This document shows, in pieces, positions 29,415-35,508 of a DNA stretch of 35,508 bases. The notes below the pieces were generated by a model that saw nothing but the letters and a program-made list of their open reading frames with translations, ran no database searches and had not been told where the DNA came from. Both the position numbers and the translations under genes were made by a program. The stretch is from an uncultured Gammaproteobacteria bacterium (GTDB lineage Bacteria; Patescibacteriota; Microgenomatia; Levybacterales; GWA1-39-11). Location of the stretch: contig CAZFJW010000002.1 in the NCBI GenBank assembly GCA_964519355.1, positions 1-35,508 of the forward strand. Reading direction: 5' to 3'. Numbering within the stretch: position 1 is the stretch's first letter; each line of letters begins with the position of its first letter.

Positions 29415-30248
29415 TTATACTTCGACTTGTGTCAAAATTCCAAAATGGTCAGAAAGGTCAACAGAGTCGATTAATTGGCATTTTATAACATTCATTTCAG
29501 GCGAGGTAAAAGTAAAATCTACTGCAAGTCCAGGGGGGAAAAGATTTTGTGCAGGATGAATTCTTGGATTAAGAGTATTTGTAAAATTATTTTCTACCGA
29601 AAGATTTCTCCCCAACTCGTCAAGTGCCCTAACAACTGCTGAATTTTTGTCGACATTAAAGTCACCTGAAAGTATCCAAGGCGTTTCCATCTCCTTCATA
29701 TGTGCAACTAGGGGCATGTTAATTTCAAGTTTGTAATCTTCATCAAATGGACGTGGTCCCCATGCAAGGTGGGTATTTATCGTCCAAAGTTTTTTACGTC
29801 CAATTTCGAGCCTTGTAGCGATCGCGTTGTATCCAGCACTTTTCCAATTCACATTCTCACGATCGTCTGCTTCATAAAATTCTTTGAGCCAGAAAATTTT
29901 GTGGTCAACAAGGGGAAATGATTTTTTGAAAAAAGTGGCATTTGCATTGAAAGAATCATGGTCTCCCTTGAGAACGACTCGGGGTGCGAAAATTCCTTCA
30001 AAATTCAATCTTTTTTTTATTTCCTCAAAGATATTGAGTCCTGCATATTGAGGAGACGAAGAAGCATTTTTTTCTGCTTGGGCTTGGAGTCTCTCATCAG
30101 GATAGGTATATTCTCCGCCGCCTGAGAACTGCCCGCCTGAAACTTCCTGAAAGTGCAGGATATCCACGTCGTGTTCTTTTACAAAAGATATAACCCGATC
30201 CAAAAATTTGCCCTGGAAGATGTTAAGCTGGAGAATGGAAATAAGCAT
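29415..30248 (-). CDS. Endonuclease/exonuclease/phosphatase (EEP) family protein
   Basis: DILHFQEV near the N-terminus, GDFN, and a terminal SDH (VDLSDHFGI). The track start at 30263 is a GTG; I prefer ATG 30248 (MLISILQLNIFQG). Confidence 0.8.
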   Translation of the reverse strand: MLISILQLNIFQGKFLDRVISFVKEHDVDILHFQEVSGGQFSGGGEYTYPDERLQAQAEKNASSSPQYAGLNIFEEIKKRLNFEGIFAPRVVLKGDHDSFNANATFFKKSFPLVDHKIFWLKEFYEADDRENVNWKSAGYNAIATRLEIGRKKLWTINTHLAWGPRPFDEDYKLEINMPLVAHMKEMETPWILSGDFNVDKNSAVVRALDELGRNLSVENNFTNTLNPRIHPAQNLFPPGLAVDFTFTSPEMNVIKCQLIDSVDLSDHFGILTQVEV

Positions 30249-30301
30249 ATATTTAATATACACGATTTACTTTTTTTCCCAAAATTTTTACGATAAAAGA
30301 T

Positions 30302-31402
30302 ATGACTGAGTGCGACTGTCATTTGGCTTTTTCTCTTTCTCCCCGTATTGGGCCGAAGAGATTTTTGGATATTCTAAAAGTCTTCGGATCTGCACGGTCT
30401 GCATGGAGTGCATCTTCTGAAGATTTAAGAAAAGCAGGTCTTGGAGAAAGAATCCTTGATGACTTTATAAGTTTTCGTAAGGACTTTAATGTTGAGTTAG
30501 AAAAGAAAAAGCTGGTAGATTCTGGTGCAGTATTTATTACACAGTGTGACAAGGGATATCCTCAGTCTTTAAAAAAACTCCCCAATCCTCCAATTGGTAT
30601 TTTTGCAAAAGGAAATATTGATCTTTTGTATGAAGAAAATGTTCTTGCTGTGGTGGGTTCAAGAAAGACCACTCAGTATGGGCGTGAGGCAACTACTAGT
30701 CTTGTGAGTGATATTACAAATCATGGTATTGTAATTGTTTCAGGACTTGCTCTTGGAATTGATGCCATAGCTCATATGTCTTGTCTTGATTCCGGAGGTA
30801 GAACTATTGCGGTTCTTGGGTGTGGGGTGGACTGTTGCTATCCGCAGGAAAATTACAACTTATATAAAAAAATACTTTCGTCTCGCGGGCTTATTATTTC
30901 TGAGTATCCATTGTCTGCTCCTCCTTCGAAGGGGAGTTTTTTGGCTCGAAATAGAATTATCGCAGCCCTTTCGAAGGGAGTTTTGGTATCAGAAGCTACT
31001 GAGGACAGTGGGTCTCTAGTTACTGCGGAATGGGGGGAAAAATTGGGAAAAACAATTTTTGCAGTACCCGGTCTGATAACCTCACAAAATTCATATGGTA
31101 CTTTAGGTCTTATTCAAGAGGGTGCAATTTTAGTACGAAATCCGCCAGACATTCTGAAAGTGTACCAATCAACTATTCATGCGATGAGAAAAAGTTCTCA
31201 AAAGCCTACGTTAAATCTGAGTAAGGATGAAGCTAAAATATACAAACTGCTTTCTGAAGAAAAAGATATTGAAGAATTAAAGTATGAGACTGGTCTTGTA
31301 ATAACAGTGTTGAATTCTCTTTTGAGTGAAATGGAATTGAATGGATACATTTCCATTACAAATGGAAAAATAAGAAAACAGCATGTTGACAGAACATTCT
31401 GA
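30302..31402 (+). CDS. dprA: DNA processing protein DprA (Smf)
   Basis: GSRKTTQYGREAT, VSGLALGIDAIAH, FLARNRIIAALS and SGSLVTA motifs. Confidence 0.9.
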   Translation: MTECDCHLAFSLSPRIGPKRFLDILKVFGSARSAWSASSEDLRKAGLGERILDDFISFRKDFNVELEKKKLVDSGAVFITQCDKGYPQSLKKLPNPPIGIFAKGNIDLLYEENVLAVVGSRKTTQYGREATTSLVSDITNHGIVIVSGLALGIDAIAHMSCLDSGGRTIAVLGCGVDCCYPQENYNLYKKILSSRGLIISEYPLSAPPSKGSFLARNRIIAALSKGVLVSEATEDSGSLVTAEWGEKLGKTIFAVPGLITSQNSYGTLGLIQEGAILVRNPPDILKVYQSTIHAMRKSSQKPTLNLSKDEAKIYKLLSEEKDIEELKYETGLVITVLNSLLSEMELNGYISITNGKIRKQHVDRTF

Positions 31403-31425
31403 AAGGAATAGTTTTAATATAGCGT

Positions 31426-31746
31426 ATGAGCATGGAGAATCGATCAAATCAACACGGGTATGTTTCGTATCGTTTTGAACGACCACAAGGAAATTTTTTA
31501 GGGAATAACTCTCGTCCCCAAGAGAGTTATTTTACTGACTTCCCATGTGCGGGAATTGACAGAGAGGCTGGAGTTGCGTATATCCTGGTTTCTGCTCATG
31601 ACAGCGCAAGTCTAGAAGAACGTGAGGTAAAATTAAAAACTGTATATGGTCTTAGTGAGGTTTTTACAGGACTGGGTGGACAGCCAGAAATTGCAACACG
31701 AGCAGATCCTCAGCAAGAATGGAAAAATTGGAAAAAGGTGTCGTAA
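31426..31746 (+). CDS. Hypothetical protein (106 aa)
   Basis: ORF only; no motif recognised. Confidence 0.45.
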   Translation: MSMENRSNQHGYVSYRFERPQGNFLGNNSRPQESYFTDFPCAGIDREAGVAYILVSAHDSASLEEREVKLKTVYGLSEVFTGLGGQPEIATRADPQQEWKNWKKVS

Positions 31747-31857
31747 TTAAGTTTTTAATTTTTGCTGTAGTGTAAGTTGTTAAAGAATATGTGCTCTTGA
31801 ACCTTTTTATTCATTCTCTTTTCAATTCACAAAGAGCCAGCTATAATACAAAAAAAT

Positions 31858-33504
31858 ATGAATAACTTATTTGGAAGAGTAAAAAGTAACTGGAAATCAG
31901 GAATTACAGTATCATTCGTATCTATCCCGCTTTCTGTTTCACTTGCGATTGCAGCAGGTTCTACACCAGTTGCCGGAATTATTACTGCAATTTGGGCAGG
32001 ACTTCTGGCGGCACTTTTTGGAGGAAGCAATTTTAATATCGTGGGCCCAACCGGAGCACTCTCGGGAATATTGGCAATGTATGCCTTTGCACATGGTGCC
32101 GAAAGTCTTGCGATTCTTGCAGTCTGTACAGGACTTGTTGTTCTTCTTTCATGGGTGTTAAGACTTGAGCGTTATTTAGTATTTATTCCAGCCAATACTA
32201 TTCAGGGTTTTACATTGGGAGTAGCTTTTATTATCGGTATGAATCAGTTAAATTTTGCACTCGGTCTTCCCAAACTTCCAGGTCACGAGAAATTTATCGA
32301 GAATATCTTTGAATCTTTTGGCCACCTGAATCAAACCTCTTTTGAATCTGTTTTGATTTTTGTCATTTTCTTCTTTGGAATAATTATTACTGAAAAGTAC
32401 AGGAAGAATATTAAGATAATTTCACATATTCCAGCAACTGCGCTTTTTGCTATTCTTGGAATTTTTCTTGGTTTTTTGGCAGCAAATAAAGTGCTTCCGT
32501 TATCAATTCAAACACTTGACTCCAGGTATTCTGATTTAACTCCTGCTCTTTTTATGCTGCCAAAGTTTTCTTTTGCATTTGATAGATCATTTCTTTCTGC
32601 GCTTTTCACAGTCTCGCTGATCGCCATTATCGAAACTATGCTCTCTGCCCGAATTGCTGATAGCATGACCAAAACCAAGCATAACAAAAGAAAAGAAATG
32701 CTCGGACTTGGTCTTGCAAATATTGCATCCGGAATTGCCGGAGGAATCCCTGCAACTGCAGCGTTGGCTAGAACTTCACTCAATATCAAAAGTGGCGCAA
32801 CAGATAAAATGTCTGGAGTTGTCAGCTCAATTTCAGTTGCGGTCATCGCACTTTTCTTGCTTCCGTATTTTAAGTATCTGCCACTTACTGTTATTGCAGC
32901 GATACTTGTAACGGTTGCAGTGAGAATGATCGAAAAAGAACATTTCATCCGAATGTTCCATATAGACAAGAAAAGCTTTTTTATTGCTCTGCTTGTTGCA
33001 TTAATTACAATCGTAGAAGATCCGATAATTGGAATTCTTGTAGGTGCGACAATATCGCTCGTTCTTTTTCTTGAAAATTTGTCTCATGGTCAATTCGAGC
33101 TCGTAGCTAATAATGCAAAGAACAAAATGGTGGGTCAGCTGTCCGGAAGCAGAATCGATAAAATTATTAAGGATTCACATACGATTGTTTACTCATTTAA
33201 GGGACACCTTACTTATATTGATAGTCAGGCTCATATTGCAAGATTTGAGACCAATCATGGTTATCATAAAAATATAATTTTGCGACTTCGTGAACTCAGT
33301 TTTATCGATGTTGATGGCGTGAATGCGTTTGAGGAAATAATTGAAATACTTGAGAGGCGAAAAATTGAAATTTATGTAACAGGAGTTAACGACGTAATTG
33401 ATCAGATGCTTCAGAAAAGTAAACATTTTGTGGCGCTTGAAAAAAGAGGGAGAGTATTCCCAAGAACTTCTGATGCATTAAAAAAACTTGGATTTAAGTT
33501 GTAG
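31858..33504 (+). CDS. SulP-family anion permease with a C-terminal STAS domain
   Basis: SGITVSFVSIPLSVSLAIAAG, NIVGPTGALS and GIAGGIPATAALARTS motifs. The C-terminal STAS-like region includes ILRLRELSFIDVDGVNAFEEI. Confidence 0.9.
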   Translation: MNNLFGRVKSNWKSGITVSFVSIPLSVSLAIAAGSTPVAGIITAIWAGLLAALFGGSNFNIVGPTGALSGILAMYAFAHGAESLAILAVCTGLVVLLSWVLRLERYLVFIPANTIQGFTLGVAFIIGMNQLNFALGLPKLPGHEKFIENIFESFGHLNQTSFESVLIFVIFFFGIIITEKYRKNIKIISHIPATALFAILGIFLGFLAANKVLPLSIQTLDSRYSDLTPALFMLPKFSFAFDRSFLSALFTVSLIAIIETMLSARIADSMTKTKHNKRKEMLGLGLANIASGIAGGIPATAALARTSLNIKSGATDKMSGVVSSISVAVIALFLLPYFKYLPLTVIAAILVTVAVRMIEKEHFIRMFHIDKKSFFIALLVALITIVEDPIIGILVGATISLVLFLENLSHGQFELVANNAKNKMVGQLSGSRIDKIIKDSHTIVYSFKGHLTYIDSQAHIARFETNHGYHKNIILRLRELSFIDVDGVNAFEEIIEILERRKIEIYVTGVNDVIDQMLQKSKHFVALEKRGRVFPRTSDALKKLGFKL

Positions 33505-33580
33505 GCGCTGTTTTCCTTCAGTTTTCAAGATCTCTAAAACTGCATAATAACTCATAGTATTGTATCTTAGTTTCTCATTC

Positions 33581-33589
33581 TGATATAAT
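33581..33589 (+). promoter_or_regulatory. Extended -10 element with leaderless geometry
   Basis: TGaTATAAT lies 9 nt before ATG 33599. Confidence 0.45.
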
Positions 33590-33598
33590 CTCCCCCAT

Positions 33599-35347
33599 AT
33601 GACAGAACGCAGGCTTCGTGGTATTCGCAATAAAACTCCCGATCAATCGATGAGTGTTCGTGCACATCTGGGTGTAGAGTCTAGGTTGAATGATTCATAT
33701 GTGGCGCTTCACGCATCTTACTCACAAAGATTGGCATCAGGAAATCTTTTTTTACCTCCCGAAGAATTAGGACTTGAATTTGGAATTGCTGTAATGCTGG
33801 GCGAGAACAGTAGGGCTTATGAAGACGTTGCACTTAGCACATTGCCCAAAGATGCAGCTGAAAAAGCTGAAGGAGAAATTGAAAAAATGCGCATTCTTCC
33901 TCCATATGCTGCCATAGTACGGAGAAATGAACAGGATGTGTCATTGCTTGATGCAGTAGAAAAAAGAGATATTCCTATCGCACAAAGATACTCTGCAATT
34001 TTAGGACCTGTGAACCGTAAAATTCATACGCAAGAGGCAGTAGGTACGCCAACTTCAGAAGAAAGCCGCACGTTCTTATTGGACTATCTTCATTCAGATT
34101 ATGTTGTAAAGTTTAATAAAATTGACCCAAAGTTTTTCCTCCAGAAGAAAAAGGCTGTGAGAGGCGGAGTGCCGTATTCTGCGTACGACAGGGCAGCAAA
34201 ATTTGGGGATGGAATACACGCATTTAGAGAAGATCTAAAGAAAACGCTTTTTGATGTTGATGCGCGAGAACACGTTGCTGTTATTGATGCAGTAAGAGAA
34301 CATTTTGATCAAGGATCTCGTGAGTTTGAAGCAACTCTGACGGAATTTCTGCTCGGCAATGGAGAAGATTTTATAAAAGTGTATAGGGCCTGTGATGAAT
34401 TGGCAAGTTCTGCTATTGGGGAAAGCGATATCTATCTAACTTTTGTTCGAGGACTTTTAACAACGCTGGCTGCTTCAAAAGTCGATAAAGCAATTATTAT
34501 GAGGGCTGAGGACTTTAAGTCAATATTACAGGGCTCAATTGATCCTGAAAAGCCACTAGCAAAGGGTCAAGATGTGCTAGCGCTCGCAAGTGCTATTTCG
34601 CCAAAGGCAATCACGAATGGCCTCCGACTTAACTGGCAAGACATTGAATGGGGATGTTTTGTCCCAACTACAGATGTAAGAGCAGAGATTGATCCAAAAG
34701 AGGTTCGTTTGAGATTGTATTATACGACAGATGAAGGTAATACTGTCTTTTTTGAATGTACAGTGAACAGAATGAATGGAGAGTTTGACTGGAGTGCATT
34801 GCCGTCTCCTAAATTAAATCAAGAGATTGCAAGCGATGCAGTGAGAATGATGCGATCAGTACTCGCGAATTTTAGAATTGACAAAGACAGCAGTGTTGCC
34901 GATTCGGGTTCGGTAAAACAAGGCGGGAATGGAAATGGGAATGGTCACAAAAGAAATGGAAACGGCGAGAGGTCTGGAGGAGTTGCTCAACAGACGATCA
35001 TTACAAATGGTGAGTCTGAAAAAGAAAAGCCAAGTCCAAGAAATGTTACTTTTGATGGCCCAGCAATGGAAATGGTAAAAGGAGTTCCAAATGTTGACAG
35101 AAGAAGAATTTTTGCAAAAGTAGACGAAATAAGAAAGGGTATCCGTCTTATTCCGCTTGAACATGAAGATGAATTTTCTGCGGATGGATGTAGGCAGTAT
35201 GAAGTAAAAACAGGCGGTAAAAATGGGGGTAAAAATGGATATAGAATTTTTGTAAAACAAACTGGCAAAGATGACTATGTAGTGTCTGAAGTTAAATTTA
35301 GAAGAGACACAAGCAGGTCTTCATCTATGCGTAGGAGAGGAAGATAG
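33599..35347 (+). CDS. Large hypothetical protein with a Gly/Asn-rich linker and a RelE/ParE-like C-terminal module
   Basis: 582 aa. The linker is GGNGNGNGHKRNGNGERSGG. The C-terminus IFAKVDEIRKGIRLIPLEHEDEFSADGCRQYEVKTGG..GYRIFVKQTGKDDYVVSEVKFRRD follows the RelE/ParE pattern (...G..yr.rvG.yRiiy.....v.v..v.hR.d). Confidence 0.6.
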   Translation: MTERRLRGIRNKTPDQSMSVRAHLGVESRLNDSYVALHASYSQRLASGNLFLPPEELGLEFGIAVMLGENSRAYEDVALSTLPKDAAEKAEGEIEKMRILPPYAAIVRRNEQDVSLLDAVEKRDIPIAQRYSAILGPVNRKIHTQEAVGTPTSEESRTFLLDYLHSDYVVKFNKIDPKFFLQKKKAVRGGVPYSAYDRAAKFGDGIHAFREDLKKTLFDVDAREHVAVIDAVREHFDQGSREFEATLTEFLLGNGEDFIKVYRACDELASSAIGESDIYLTFVRGLLTTLAASKVDKAIIMRAEDFKSILQGSIDPEKPLAKGQDVLALASAISPKAITNGLRLNWQDIEWGCFVPTTDVRAEIDPKEVRLRLYYTTDEGNTVFFECTVNRMNGEFDWSALPSPKLNQEIASDAVRMMRSVLANFRIDKDSSVADSGSVKQGGNGNGNGHKRNGNGERSGGVAQQTIITNGESEKEKPSPRNVTFDGPAMEMVKGVPNVDRRRIFAKVDEIRKGIRLIPLEHEDEFSADGCRQYEVKTGGKNGGKNGYRIFVKQTGKDDYVVSEVKFRRDTSRSSSMRRRGR

Positions 35348-35467
35348 GGCTTGTTATTTTGCTTATTTTTTGATACACTCATATTTACTCTAAAGAAAGC
35401 ACACATTCTAAAAAATATAAGTTGTGCCGAGGAGACAGTTTAGATATTAGCAATTGCTAGAATATAA

Positions 35468-35490
35468 ACACTCCTTAGGGAGTGTTTTTT
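35468..35490 (+). terminator. Rho-independent terminator
   Basis: ACACTCC, loop TTAG, GGAGTGT, followed by TTTTT. Confidence 0.6.
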
Positions 35491-35508
35491 AATACTAAAA
35501 TTATTAGA

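Noticed and set aside
1-35508. CRISPR arrays, IS elements or transposases, integrases, rRNA genes
   Set aside because: I saw no regularly spaced direct repeats, no terminal inverted repeats flanking a transposase-like ORF, no recombinase motifs and no rRNA-like conserved stretches. The only tandem repeats are the in-frame RTX nonamers and the protein-module duplications.

Overview
This 35.5-kb window comes from a low-GC bacterial chromosome with small genes. My hand count of one intergenic 60-nt line (9481-9540) gives about 32% G+C. Gene content and style look Patescibacteria/CPR-like, which is inference only.

The backbone is ordinary. It holds truB (partial), tRNA-Pro(CGG) and tRNA-Arg(CCU), a DsbA/DsbB-like pair, DedA, a sortase, two DUF218-like genes, and alpha/beta hydrolases. 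It also holds mreC-mreD-PBP2, an L,D-transpeptidase, a PHP phosphoesterase, an EEP-family enzyme, dprA, a SulP permease, and many membrane or hypothetical proteins.

Three things stand out:
1. Two sharply GC-rich transcription units (67-68% G+C in hand-counted lines). Each begins a few nt after an AT-rich promoter-like -10 element (a near-consensus sigma70-type -35/-10 pair for the first, a weaker one for the second) and ends in a GC hairpin terminator. The first is a ~400-nt unit at 9585-9991 with many hairpins; it also contains a 38-codon SD-led ORF with 35/38 GC3. The second is a ~1.3-kb cassette at about 12545-13885, packed with SD-led miniprotein ORFs that share a CxxC...CxxCG[YW] zinc-ribbon-like signature.
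2. A cluster at 14482-18555 encodes TasA/camelysin-like proteins, a SipW-type signal peptidase, an RTX fusion and Asn/Gly-rich repeat proteins. A ~580-nt hairpin-rich non-coding leader precedes it.
3. Many genes show leaderless-type geometry, with the -10 box only 6-9 nt from the start codon.

I saw no CRISPR array, rRNA, integrase or transposase. Every family call comes from motif recognition by eye; no searches were run.
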